The position numbers and the translations under genes were made by a program. DNA of 62,047 nucleotides, filler included, from Squatina squatina (taxonomy: Eukaryota), in assembly GCA_031763465.1 (NCBI GenBank). It is 4 parts of 4 records of this genome, joined end to end, with 100 filler letters (N's around TTAATTAATTAA, not from the genome) between each part and the next. Parts side by side here need not be neighbours in the genome. Positions count along the whole stretch, not along the records: positions 45,775 to 62,047 come from JARFOE010000004.1; 3 more parts are not named here. The stretch is one strand, 5' to 3'. Positions within the stretch are counted from its first letter, which is position 1, and every line of letters begins with the position of its first letter. Shown piece after piece: positions 49,211 through 61,588 of this stretch. The notes beneath the pieces are model-generated. The model had not been told where the DNA came from and did no database searches. It saw only the letters and a list, made by a program, of their open reading frames with translations.

Positions 49211-49579
49211 TTATAGTTTTACTAATTAAACAGCACATATTATTAAAAAAAGCTCCTTCCAAAGTTATTGGTATATTATCACTTTGGAAAAATTGAAAAT
49301 CTTTCTAACTTTAAATGTAGCATTACACTTCAGGATTAAATTAATTGCCAGCTTCTAATAGATGGTTAAAGTGTCCCTTGAAATTAAGATCATATATAAT
49401 CTCTGAAGGGTAAAATTAACTAGTATTACCATTGAAATACTTCACCAATTGAGTCAAATACAAACAGAAAGAATTCCTGTTTAAAGGAAATGATCTTCCC
49501 TTAAAAATGTCGTCCGACTCATGCAGTAAATAATTGAGGAAGAGAAAGAAATATATTATGATGCTTCAGATGATTGTAC

Positions 49580-49768
49580 CTGCTTCACAGCTCCCTCCTC
49601 CATACTGTGATGAGCAGTGACATTTCACTTTTCCAATATCCACATCCTCGCAGGTTGCCCCATTCAGGCAAGGACCGTCTGCACAAGACACCGTTGTTGC
49701 TATGGAGACAGTTGTCAGGGAGATGGCAGGGGCATGTACAGAAGAGGGAATAATTGATGGCCAGACAT
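49580..49768 (-). CDS. Exon of an EYS-like multi-EGF protein: Ser/Thr/Pro-rich linker plus EGF domain (phase 1-1)
   Basis: ttttgttccag|AT GTC...GCA G|gtac, 189 nt: VWPSIIPSSVHAPAISLTTVSIATTVSCADGPCLNGATCEDVDIGKVKCHCSSQYGGGSCEA, with six EGF cysteines. Not in the ORF track in this frame. Confidence 0.85.
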
Positions 49769-50484
49769 CTGGAACAAAAAAAAAGTGTGTTAGGTGTCAA
49801 AACATCACCGCACAAAAAATGAGAACTGCCATCAAACAAAGTCACATGGTTTCCACTAAATGGAAACATATTTTAGGATGATATATCTGTGAGAAAAGAT
49901 AATAAAAATGAATAACCTCACAGGAAGTTCCCCGATTAATCATTATGTCCTGTCTCTACCTTACCCAGTCATCTTCATTCTGGCCAGCCCTTGTGGTTTC
50001 ACTGTATTGCAGCCTTTCATATTACAAGAGGAACAGTTAACACTCTTGGGTTTAATTCTATCTCTGCACTGCCCTAACCTCCAGGTTCCACCCTCCACAA
50101 AAGCCAGTGTAAACACAGATTAACTGGCCGTCCAGTGGCTTTGCTCCAGGAGCCACTGCGCTCCAAGAGTAATCCAATGCCTGCAGTGTTTTAATGTGCT
50201 TGACAATTTTGGCTCCGGAGGAAACAGCAAATCACTATTCTTCACTCAAGCTTACTATCTCTAACACGTCTTTTTGGCATGGAAAGCATTGGCCAGTTTT
50301 TGCTATTTTTCTGCCAGTGTAGAAAACTAGCCAAATCTGGCCAAAAGCTTATAAAAAAAAACAGGCACAGCCTTGAGAATGCTGTCAATTGATAAGTACC
50401 CTTTGATTACAAGCCGATGGCACATAAGAAACAACTAGTTACACTGGCTTTATAACGTAAGCTGTAAGCATACCCAACATTCTG

Positions 50485-50858
50485 AACAGGCTGGGGCGCT
50501 TTTCTCTGGAAAAGGGAACGCTGAGGGGGTACCCTGACAGAGGTCTTCAAATTTATGAAAGGGTTCGATAGGGTAGGTGTAGAGAAAATATTTCCACTTG
50601 TGGGGCAGACCAAAACTAGAGGCCATAAGTATAAGATAGTCACTAATAAATGCAATAGGGAATTCAGAAGAAACTTCTTTACCCAGAGGGTGGTGAGAAT
50701 GTGGAACTCGCTACCACAGGGAGTATTTAAGGGGAAGCTAGATAATCACATGAGGGAGAAAGGACAAGAAGGATATGCTGATATGGTTAGATGGAGAGGG
50801 GTGGGAGGAGGCTCGTGTGGAGCATAAACATCAACGTGGACCAGTTGGACCAAATGGC
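50485..50858 (+). mobile_element. CR1 LINE 3' end
   Basis: MKGFDRVGVEKIFPLVGQTKTRGHKYKIVTNKCNREFRRNFFTQRVVRMWNSLPQGV. Confidence 0.9.
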
Positions 50859-51619
50859 NNNNNNNNNNNNNNNNNNNNNNNNNNNNNNNNNNNNNNNNNN
50901 NNNNNNNNNNNNNNNNNNNNNNNNNNNNNNNNNNNNNNNNNNNNNNNNNNNNNNNNNNCCCTTTGTAATTGACCGTGGGAAGGCGGCGCGCCTGGAGGAC
51001 GGACCAATGGCGTGAGTGTGGGGGTGGGCCACTGGGAGGCAGGAGGTCATGTGATGAAACCTCCAGGAATACACCCAGCCAGAGTTGGCCCTAGGCCTGA
51101 GCTGGCTGGCAGTTGCCTCAAGTTTATCCCAGGTTTGTGCATATCCATCAAGTAAAAAAAAAGAGATGAAAATAAACTTAGGAGCATCAAGAGAAAAAAA
51201 AAACATTTTCTATTNNNNNNNNNNGCCTTGGGCCCTCTGAAGTAAAAACAAAGTACGGAATTCAGCAAAGGGTATCTTCATTTTCTCAAAGTGACTGCAC
51301 AAACAGAGGATTAGGGCTGTAATTTATAACAACTGAGTTCAGTGCACAGTGAGGCCCATTTGGTCACAGTGCACTAGTTTCAGATCCATAAGATTAAATG
51401 CTCTCTGCCCATATCTTGCTTATTTTTTTCTTCTCTCTGTGAAGGGTGACATTAAATTATAGGAAGCAAACATGCTCTTAGGCACATTACAAAGTGTAAC
51501 TAATATAGAGGCACGTTTAGCTCATTTATCCAGAGGTTACACAAAATATCAATGGTAGAAAAATTACGTTGACCTTGCAACAGCCGCAAAATGAAATAAA
51601 AATGAGTTACCTACTGCAT

Positions 51620-51910
51620 CATAAAACCATAGAAGTTCACAGTATAAGAAGGAGACTATTCAACCCATCATGTCTGTGCCAGCCTTTATTTAGAGCAATC
51701 CAAAACTAATCCCACAGACTCCGGTCTCCCCACAACTCTCTATATTTCTCTTCTTCAAGTGCTTATCCAGATTTTCTCTAAAAGTTGCAAAGGTCTCTGC
51801 CTCAACTATTCCTTCTATCAAAGCATTCCTTGCTCCAAGAATTTTCTCCTCAATTTGATGACCCCTTGTCTCTGACTCCCCAACCAGAGGAAATAGTCCA
51901 TTCCTCTTCT
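51620..51910 (-). mobile_element. CR1 LINE 3' end, degenerate
   Basis: GLFPLVGESETRGH...VEAETFATFRENLDKHLK plus tail. Confidence 0.8.
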
Positions 51911-52349
51911 TAGGAAGGAACACAGGACCAGGAGGNNNNNNNNNNNNNNNNNNNNNNNNNNNNNNNNNNNNNNNNNNNNNNNNNNNNNNNNNNNNNNNNN
52001 NNNNNNNNNNNNNNNNNNNNNNNNNNNNNNNNNNNCCAAGGGCGAGTGGAACACAGTCCTGTGATTATGTGAGATTTATTGTTCCCATTTACAACATCAA
52101 ATAAAACTCAGCATTATTTATACTGACAACAAGTCACAGACTCAGGCGCCAGTCCCATGTGGCCCAATGCCTGCACTGCTATTACTAGCAATTTTTATTC
52201 TTTTGGAAGTCAACTATTTTTGGCCGGGATGTTGTTGGTTGGAGGAGTTTCATTGTGCTAGCAGCGTGGCTGCAAAAGGCCTCCCCTGAAATCTGGTCCA
52301 ATCCTTCAAGCGATGGCCCGCATTTCAGCGCCTCCAGCCTCTGTAACGG

Positions 52350-52570
52350 GAGCGGCCAAAATAGGGAGAGCAGTAAGGACGCAGGTAGTGTACTGAATGA
52401 TCCAGATCCACTGTCCAACTGGGCAGGTAGATGGCAGATGAAATTCCATGCCGATAAATACGAAGCATTGTCTGTTGGTCGTAGGAAAGAGCATCGCAAG
52501 TAAACAGTGAATGGGGTTGAATCGGAAAACGGAGAGAAGGGGGGGACTCAGGAGTGAAGGTAGACAACGC
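52350..52570 (+). mobile_element. CR1 RT fragment
   Basis: DPDPLSNWAGRWQMKFHADKYEALSVGRR resembles DLD.L..WA..WQM.FN.DKCEV.HFGR. Confidence 0.75.
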
Positions 52571-52717
52571 GGCAAAGCAAACAGAATGCTCAAGATATAT
52601 AACTAGATAGTAGAGTGAAAGTTGCTGAAGGCTACGTTGGGGCTTCACAGTGCACATGTCAGGCTTCAGTTGGAGTATTGTCTTCCGTTCTAATCACCAC
52701 ACCGCAGAAGCTGATCT

Positions 52718-52975
52718 CTCTTCGGCAGTCCCTCGGGTTCGAGGATGACTTGCTTCCACTCCGTAGTTGTGGATTCTGAGGTGGCTAAATAGTCCAGTGC
52801 GGGAACCGCAGATGCGGCCGCAGGTGGGGCAGGTGATACTTGAAGAGACGAGTGGCAGGGATGAGCGTGTTGCTGCGTGCTCCTTCCTCTGCTGACGTTT
52901 GTCCTCAGCGTGCTTCCGCTGGAGAGACTCGAAACGGTTGGTGCCTTCATGGATGGCTCTCCTCCATTGCGGGAG
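52718..52975 (-). mobile_element. RTE-clade LINE 3' end
   Basis: WRRAIHEGTNRFE...KRQQRKE...CPTCGRICGSRTGLFSHLRIH, the C-terminal C2H2 motif of RTE ORFs. Confidence 0.8.
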
Positions 52976-54069
52976 GAGCATATATATATGTATAGGAGAG
53001 TGCAAGAAAGTCTGAGAATTGAAAACTGCTTACAAAATAAATATGGCCACTCAACAAAAACATATGATCTATTGAGAGAATTTTCTTTAAAATTAACTGC
53101 TATTGACATTTAAAGTATTTGATTTTTAAGGCCTGATTACCTTAGAGAATGATTTAAATGGCAGTTCCTAATATTCATTTTATGACCCAAAAATTACCTT
53201 TCTGATGACTAACATGTAATTTATAATACCTTTCACCTCTGGATAATTGAGGCTCTGTATCAGTTATAAATCAAAGTGAAAATCCTTTATTTGTACAGCC
53301 ACCAGTAATTACTGAAAGAACCGTTTGAATATTCTTGGATTTTAAAGGCAATTTCTATTTACCTTTATCACATTTCTTGGCTAAATATGCCTTTTATTTT
53401 TCCGCCTCTTGAATATAAATCTAGTTTACTGCCTGGGTTTTACAGGGTCAGGCAAATTTGCTCAAATTTATATATGGACAGCTGTACATTATTGAAGAGG
53501 CACAAGGAGTCACAGGCTAAATGTCACTGAAGGGTTGAAATATGACCGTGTCGCTGAATATATATGGCAAACAGTTTTGCTTTAAGCATCAGCCAGCACA
53601 AGGTGTCCTGACTTTAGGGATGTCCATTTTAACATTTAACTCCCCTTCTGATTGGGCCTCTATTATCTNNNNNNNNNNNNNNNNNNNNNNNNNNNNNNNN
53701 NNNNNNNNNNNNNNNNNNNNNNNNNNNNNNNNNNNNNNNNNNNNNNNNNNNNNNNNNNNNNNNNNNNNAAACCCCACCCACCCCCTCTGCACAAGAGACA
53801 AACTAAATGGATTTTTTCATTTTGCAAATTAAATTAAGACATAAATGTTACTCATCCATTTTACATGCCTCCAGCATTCTGAAGATACTTGTAGTGGAGA
53901 TGTCTTTTGTGCAAATCGATAGACACTCGCTTGAAATCAAATCCTTCATATTTCTACATACAACAGTATAGAATTTCCCACTCCACAAGAACATTCTCTA
54001 TTCATTAACAAAACAAGTTCTTCTGGAGAATCAGGCCATAGTCCAAAATTGACAAGTTACAAGCTTCAG

Positions 54070-54230
54070 GTTTACATAGGATTTACAGCACAGGAACAGG
54101 CCATTCAATCCATGCCGGTGTTTATGCTCAACTCGAGCCTCCTCCCGTCTTTCCTCATCTAAATCTATCAGCATAACCCTCAATTCCCTTCTCCCCCTCA
54201 TGCTTGTCTAGCCTCCCCTTAAGTGCATCA
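54070..54230 (-). mobile_element. CR1 LINE 3' tail
   Basis: Reverse complement resembles 50730-50858. Confidence 0.75.
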
Positions 54231-56504
54231 GGTTGTACCAATACATATAGCGGGGAACTAGATGCCATCTCAGATGGTTGGTTATGTTGCTGGATTTTTA
54301 AATTAAAATGTAGAGGCATCTGTCTGTAGTTTTACCTTCTGGCATTTGACATTTTAAATGGGATGAGGATTATAGAGGCACACCAGAAGTTTAATCCAAG
54401 AATTACCTTCCCCTCCAAACCACCCAAGTACCTTCAACACCTTCTACTATCTCCAAGAAAGGAGTGAAAAACTTCAGACCTTGCCACAATGCATGAGCTA
54501 CTCCTTTAATTCTCTCCCNNNNNNNNNNNNNNNNNNNNNNNNNNNNNNNNNNNNNNNNNNNNNNNNNNNNNNNNNNNNNNNNNNNNNNNNNNNNNNNNNN
54601 NNNNNNNNNNNNNNNNNNTAGAAGCAACCAGACAATTCAAAACAAACTGCCGCGTGTCTGGAAATCCAAATAAAAAACAGAAAAAAATCAAACAAAGCAG
54701 GAGCAGCCTAATTTAAAAAGAGAAATCAAACAATTTAGTCTAATTTGACACTGTTGGTTTGCTGGTGATCTTCATGTGAAAATGAGCCAATGCCTTATTT
54801 AAGTATCAGTGCAAAACATCTACTATTACAGCTAACGAAATCAACGAGCCTCACAGGACATTTTCATCATCCCTTTTTTCTGCACTTGATATTAGTGTTG
54901 GTATCAATTGAACACAGTTGGTAATTTTGCTTGCAGCACATAACCATTGGAACATTAGAGATGATATGAGTTTGTCAGGCTTTATATGCAGAAGGCCATG
55001 GAAGAAGGTTTACTCTCACCCTTGCTTATTATCAGTTGGGGCTAATGCCCTTTAACTAGTGGTTCTGGGGCTAAGCACAGATGGAAATAATCAAGTGCTC
55101 CACAGGGTGCAACATACAAAATTGATGGGCAGAGAAAGACAAGACCAGACAAGCCTGCCCCACACCCAACGGGCAGACCATTGAGATTAAACACTTCTTC
55201 CCTCCTTACCACCTCCCACCATCCATGGAATCTCCTGGGGTGAGGCAAAAAAAGAGAAAAACTCAGGCCAATAAGAGAAAAAATATTCTGGAAAATTCCT
55301 CTCAGGCCCCCTCACGCGATCGAAACCAATCCAGGAGATCACACGGACACAGTGTTCCCTATAAAGACAATGGTTGGGGCTCTCATGGCTCGAGGCGGGT
55401 GATGTCAATCTGTGGAGGACTAAGCAGGTTGAATGGTGGAGATGGGTGGTGTGCTTGTTGTATAATTACCTCTGGGGTTCAGGCAATATTTACACAGCAA
55501 TGTCCCTCATGCGATTAAATAGCTGGAGGTAGATTATCTTGGTCTTTGATGGGTCAAATGTTCATTTCCCGTTCCAGTTCCTTTTCCACTAAATGTCCTT
55601 AAACACTTCATTGCCCCCTTGTCTACTGCATGCGGCCAGTTCAAACACGGCTGACGGCTGTAGTTTGAAAACAGCCTCTGCTCTGATACGTGCGAGTAAG
55701 CATGCAAGCTGAAGGCTAGACTTAATTACACTATAGCACCAAGACAAGCTCCCCGTCACCGGTGCATTATTAATAAGGATTAATTGTAGCATTGAATGAA
55801 AGCAGTCGGATAACCAGATAAACTAGCTTACCGAGGAGAAATGTAATGCTTGGGTCAAGATTCTGCTGGATCAAGGTTTCTATAGCGCGCTTTATACAAT
55901 GTGACCAATTTGCAACATTTGTACCTCAGTCCATTTAATCACCGACACGCTGCAATGGAATCTAAATTAGAACACTTTATTGCAGGAAATAGAATTTACA
56001 AGAAGTTGTTAAGGTGCAAAGGATGACTGGCAAGCTGGACTGATAACATTCAATGCGCTGAACAATGAATAACTTGGAAATATTTATTCCAGGACTGGCA
56101 TTACAAATTAGAGTTGTCCGCTCGGGTGACAAATTTGTTATAACGTGAGTGAATGGAAAGTGATTAAGGTACAATTGAATTCAATGCTTGGATCAAGCAT
56201 GTGTTTATCTGCAGACTGCTGCAGTTCTGAGTTCATTTAAATAGGCTTTCCTGAATCACTTGAAATTCAGCAGTTGTTACAGTGTGCACATACTTCTGAT
56301 TCTGACACCAAAGTACAGGTATCAATCAACTGATCAATACAGCAAGACAAAGACGTTTTTCTTTTGGTTCTGTAGCTTCACTGTTCTTGTTAGAAGGATA
56401 AGAAAATGATTTTTTTTTACTTCAGATATTTGATTTCATTCAGTTGTGGTAATCATGACTTCCTCTCACCACTATTTTAGTGGAGCAGTTCACCCATCTA
56501 CTTT

Positions 56505-56600
56505 AGGAATATAGGGACAGGAGGAGGCCATTCATCTCCTCGAGCCTGTTCCGCCGTTCAATGAGATCATGGCTGATCTGTATCTTAACCCCATCTCTTT
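56505..56600 (-). mobile_element. CR1 LINE 3' tail
   Basis: aggaggaggccattc...gagcctgttccgccgttcaatgagatcatggctgatctgt, as at 45960-46025. Confidence 0.75.
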
Positions 56601-56619
56601 GATAAAGCCTTTGGTCACC

Positions 56620-56734
56620 CGAATACCTCTTTATGTGACTCGGTGTCAAATTCTGTTTGACAATCGCTCCTGTGAAGAGTCTTAGGACTCTTTACTAGGT
56701 TAAAGGTGCTATATAAATGCAAGTTGTTGTTGTT
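56620..56734 (+). mobile_element. L2-clade LINE 3' tail
   Basis: gctcctgtgaag...ttaaaggtgctatataaatgcaag(ttg)n. Confidence 0.7.
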
Positions 56735-58029
56735 NNNNNNNNNNNNNNNNNNNNNNNNNNNNNNNNNNNNNNNNNNNNNNNNNNNNNNNNNNNNNNNNNN
56801 NNNNNNNNNNNNNNNNNNNNNNNNNNNNNNNNNNGATGCAGTGCTATTTGAAGTGCAGCCACTGTTGTAGTGCAGGAAATGGGGGCAGCCAATTTGCCCA
56901 CAGCAAGCTCCCACAAACAGGAGTGAATCTAAGCGCACAAAGCTACACAGCTTTAGGACAAGGTGGGCACATGCCCTCTGAGAAATGATGAGGATTGCTA
57001 ATACGATAACCATAAAGGCACAGGCTCTTAGTACTAGGAAATGGAACACTTTGGCATTTCAGGCCACCCAGTTTCATCATCGACCAACTGTAGAGCAGTT
57101 ACAGCACAGCCAACTGTGGAGTAAAACGCCCTCTGCCCTGTTTCACTAAACATGCCTGTGCTTCAGCCTCAGAAGTGCTTCCACTTCTGTACAAACGTGA
57201 TAGTTCCTTTTCCTTTGTGGTCTTTCAAGTGTAAATTCAGTGTGACTGTACTCTAATAATGGAGCCCTTGCTAAATGGGAAGACAGGTCAGAGATGGAGC
57301 TAGAGCCTAATTCCAGTCCAGTAGGACTCTCCCTGCGACATAGCAACCTCACTGAATTTTATCATTAGTGGAATAGCCAATTTAATGCAAATTTAGGGTC
57401 AGTTTTTGCTGTGAATCTTCCAGCAAAGAGATAATTTTACCCCATCAATCTGAGGTGGATTAGAAATTTGTTCCCAGAGGTGAAAAGTCTGCCTTCTAAC
57501 TCCCTGCACCTCTTGGTTCCTCTCTATGGAACTTCTAAGAAGTAGTTTGGAACACAAATCAGGGCAACAGTGAAATACACCAAAGAGGACGTAGAGGTTT
57601 CTCTTTTGGGCATTCAATATGTGATACACTTCGCCTTAATTACATTGCTTATTACTTGGATGCTGATTATGATGGCAGAAATGCTGATGCTAATGGGAGA
57701 AACATTCTACGTGTATTATGTATAGTAGAATCATAAATCTGTTCATAAGCAACAGCTTTATAATTTTGCTACATGTAAAACATGAGGGAGGCCTTACACC
57801 AGTGTTTCGGCAGGAATTAAAACACTCCAGGCCCAATTCTCTGAATGGTCACTGTCAGTAAATCATGGGCAGACTCCCTATGATGTACACTCCTGGTGGG
57901 TGATGCTCTGTGCTGTGCACACACAATTGGAAATTGGCCCTGGCATTTTATATTCATATCACTACTTCCACACATGAGCACAATAACATTAGTTCACATT
58001 ATTTTAGTTTTGAAAACGTATTGAGGGTT

Positions 58030-58395
58030 AAATCAAGGCTGACATTACCAGTGCAATACTGAGGGAGTGCTGCCCTGTCAGAGGTTCTGCCTTTTGGATG
58101 AGACGTTTACTCTCTAAGGTGGGCGTTTAAGATCTCATGGCACTATATCGAAGAAGAGCAGGGGACTTCTCCCTGGTGTCCTGGCTAATAGTTATCCCTC
58201 AATCAACGTCAATAAAAACAGATTATCTGGTGATAGTCACGTTGCTGTTTGTGAGATCTTGCTCTCTGCAAATTGGCTCCCCCGTTTCCTATGTTGCAAC
58301 ACTGACCACACTTCAAAAGTACTTCATTGGATATAAAGCACTTTGGGACATCGTGAGGTTGTGGAAGGCTCTATATAAATACAAGTCTTTCTTTA
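58030..58395 (+). mobile_element. Deu-domain SINE (SacSINE1/AmnSINE-like), largely intact
   Basis: Deu core (cagtgcaatactgagggagtgctg...aagatctcatggcactat.tcgaagaagagcagggg...ttgctgtttgtgagatcttgct) and L2-like tail (aaagcactttgggacatc...ctatataaatacaagtctttcttt). Confidence 0.85.
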
Positions 58396-58823
58396 AATTT
58401 GGGACGCCCATTTTTGGGCATCCCTTCTCCTGGCCTAACGTTATTCCCCCATGCTCAAACGTTGAGGTCTGAGGAGTCCTGGATATTTGGCCACGGACCA
58501 CAGCATAATGAAGACAGGGCTGCAAAGGAGGTAGATGCTCCAAGCAGGCAGCTGAACCAGATCCCCCATTTANNNNNNNNNNNNNNNNNNNNNNNNNNNN
58601 NNNNNNNNNNNNNNNNNNNNNNNNNNNNNNNNNNNNNNNNNNNNNNNNNNNNNNNNNNNNNNNNNNNNNNNNCGATTCCCCTGACCTTCTCACACCCATG
58701 TCCTCAGAACTTGGACAGAGCCCCTCTGCATTAACAGTCCTTGTTACATCCTTCAGCAATCCCTGCAAGCGACATTTAAACCATTCTGAATGGCTTTTAT
58801 ATCAATAACATTGTGACAATGGC

Positions 58824-58950
58824 AAGAAGGAAAGAAAGGAAGAAAGAAATAAAGAAAGAAGGAAAGAAGAAAAGAAAGAATGGAAGAAAGAGAAAGAAAG
58901 AAAAAGAAAGAAGGAAAGAAATAAAAAAAGAAATAAAGAAAATGAAAGAT
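58824..58950. repeat. (GAAA)n-type purine-rich repeat
   Basis: Direct reading; explains the Phe-rich spurious ORF 58753-58956. Confidence 0.9.
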
Positions 58951-60624
58951 ACCCATTGATTAAAATGTATATATATGCAGCTGTTTTGATTTAATATGCT
59001 CCCTCAGGGCAAATTGGCAGCAACAACAATAATAAAACAACACAGCTCTTATTAACTGGTACATATTTTATCGCAAACAGTAATAACTGACATATTGATT
59101 TGAATGTCTGTGTCTTCTTCATTATTCAAACTTGTGATTGCTGAAGTCACAGCGAATGAGTACATTTTCCATTCCTTTAAAGTGGTGACACAAACCCAAT
59201 ATAAATGGCTGCTCTGGGCATATATCACTCCACACACCTTCTAATTGTCTCATCAAGGCATCTTTGCAAAAAGGCTTCTCAAGATGCGTTGCCAATGAAT
59301 GGCTTTTAACTGGAAGAACTATTAGCACGGGAACAGCACCGTATTTCAGCAAATTGAAAATGGATAGCTTCTCTAATATCGGCCTCCCTATTGGTAAATA
59401 AACGAGGGCATTCTGTATCCAATTGCTTCAAACTACCTGCAGCAAATCACACAAGGAGGACAAAAATATACTATCGAATGACACAAGTGATATCATCTTC
59501 CAGCAGAGAGCAGTGGGTGCCCAACAATGAGAGCTGCTGACAAAACACACACTTCTCAAGCCTGTCAGTGTCATTGTATATAGAAACAATTCATCTAACT
59601 GAAACCTCAACTGTGTGGAGACTGTGAATTTTGTAATTGTCCTATTGTCTGAAAATTATTCCAAGTTTAGTTTTGCTTTTGGCAGTGAATGATTTACACT
59701 GTATCTGACTANNNNNNNNNNNNNNNNNNNNNNNNNNNNNNNNNNNNNNNNNNNNNNNNNNNNNNNNNNNNNNNNNNNNNNNNNNNNNNNNNNNNNNNNN
59801 NNNNNNNNNNNNNNNNNNNNNNNNNNNNNNNNNNNNNNNNNNNNNNNNNNNNNNNNNNNNNNNNNNNNNNNNNNNNNNNNNNNNNNNNNNNNNNNNNNNN
59901 NNNNNNNNNNNNNNNNNNNNNNNNNNNNNNNNNNNNNNNNNNNNNNNNNNNNNNNNNNNNNNNNNNNNNNNNNNNNNNNNNNNNNNNNNNNNNNNNNNNN
60001 NNNNNNNNNNNNNNNNNNNNNNNNNNNNNNNNNNNNNNNNNNNNNNNNNNNNNNNNNNNNNNNNNNNNNNNNNNNNNNNNNNNNNNNNNNNNNNNNNNNN
60101 NNNNNNNNNNNNNNNNNNNNNNNNNNNNNNNNNNNNNNNNNNNNNNNNNNNNNNNNNNNNNNNNNNNNNNNNNNNNNNNNNNNNNNNNNNNNNNNNNNNN
60201 NNNNNNNNNNNNNNNNNNNNNNNNNNNNNNNNNNNNNNNNNNNNNNNNNNNNNNNNNNNNNNNNNNNNNNNNNNNNNNNNNNNNNNNNNNNNNNNNNNNN
60301 NNNNNNNNNNNNNNNNNNNNNNNNNNNNNNNNNNNNNNNNNNNNNNNNNNNNNNNNNNNNNNNNNNNNNNNNNNNNNNNNNNNNNNNNNNNNNNNNNNNN
60401 NNNNNNNNNNNNNNNNNNNNNNNNNNNNNNNNNNNNNNNNNNNNNNNNNNNNNNNNNNNNNNNNNNNNNNNNNNNNNNNNNNNNNNNNNNNNNNNNNNNN
60501 NNNNNNNNNNNNNNNNNNCTGAATGCTTCGCTAAGCATGGTGTTTCCGTTGCATCATCCTGTAATAGAAGAGACAGGCTGCAAAGTGTATATGTTGCATT
60601 GACATTCAGGGAGCATTCAGATAC

Positions 60625-60770
60625 CTGTGAATCCATGGGGACAGAGACAATGGTAGCCTCCAGGCACATTGTAGCAGTTGCCATTGTGCAGACAAGGTAG
60701 CAGCTCGCACTCATTCACATCCAGCTCGCACAAAGCCCCATAGTATCCCACTGCACAGTTACACTGGAAC
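60625..60770 (-). CDS. Exon of an EYS-like multi-EGF protein (calcium-binding EGF; phase 2-1)
   Basis: ctccctcag|G TTC...ACA G|gtatct, 146 nt: FQCNCAVGYYGALCELDVNECELLPCLHNGNCYNVPGGYHCLCPHGFT(G). Confidence 0.9.
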
Positions 60771-61091
60771 CTGAGGGAGAGACACACACATGCGTACACA
60801 AATTAAGCAATAACCAAGTATGAATGTGATAAAACACCTTGCATGTTATCCATTTGTACCATTATTGATTCTGGTCCTGCTTCTATTCAGGTACTGAGGT
60901 AGTGTGATTCGCTGATGCTGCTAATTTTTGTTTGGACTATCTTTGGAGTATTATCAGTGTAAAACTTGATTTGTTTCAGACACTGCATGCTTTTCTACAC
61001 AGGCTGTGCTGGATGCCAAGTGAAAATCAATTACACACACACAGAGGGTACAGCTTAGAGAGGAGCATTACAGAGCGACATTGAATTCTCT

Positions 61092-61185
61092 AGGGGCGAA
61101 ATTCCCTGCTGCTCCATTCCGGGTGGTAGGGCTCTGGAGCCGGGCAACTTACCGGCAGCACCGGATCTCTCACTCCCAGAGCGGT
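61092..61185. mobile_element. Harbinger-type MITE left end, truncated by gap
   Basis: ggggcgaaattccctgctgctcc resembles the 41771 start ggggacgaaattgccctgtgctcc. Confidence 0.55.
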
Positions 61186-61491
61186 NNNNNNNNNNNNNNN
61201 NNNNNNNNNNNNNNNNNNNNNNNNNNNNNNNNNNNNNNNNNNNNNNNNNNNNNNNNNNNNNNNNNNNNNNNNNNNNNNNNNNNNNATAATCACAAAGTCT
61301 ATTGGCTTTCCTATTAATTTTTTGTGGGTCTGGCATGATTCTATTGCTCTCTGTTTCAGGCAACTTGTTGCAGATTGGGTCTTTCCGTTTCCCCACACAG
61401 CGGAGCGATGTCGCTATTCGGAGCTGAAGTTCCCTCAGAGCTGATGCCGAGATGCACAGCTCCTGTTTCTGTTTCCATTCCGTGCCGTTAC

Positions 61492-61588
61492 CTGTAGCTG
61501 TTGACCTCATCCCAGCAACGACCTCTGTTCTGGCAGGGACTGGAGAGGCACTCGTTGGTGTCAATTTCACAGTGAGCTCCTTCGAATC
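61492..61588 (-). CDS. Exon of an EYS-like multi-EGF protein (calcium-binding EGF; phase 1-2)
   Basis: cctttcag|GA TTC...TAC AG|gtaac, 97 nt: (G)[31 protein letters not shown](R). The ORF track shows a different frame. Confidence 0.9.

Noticed and set aside
49585-49869. 94-aa Cys-rich minus-strand ORF in the track
   Set aside because: Alternative frame of the true EGF exon 49580-49768
55822-55951. Minus-strand segment with a strong donor (G|gtaag) considered as another EYS-like exon
   Set aside because: Stop codons in all three frames from the plausible acceptors; no EGF or laminin-G pattern
61055-61570. 171-aa minus-strand ORF ([10 protein letters not shown]...)
   Set aside because: Wrong frame: the real signal is the EGF exon 61492-61588 in another frame; the rest is intron, gap and MITE
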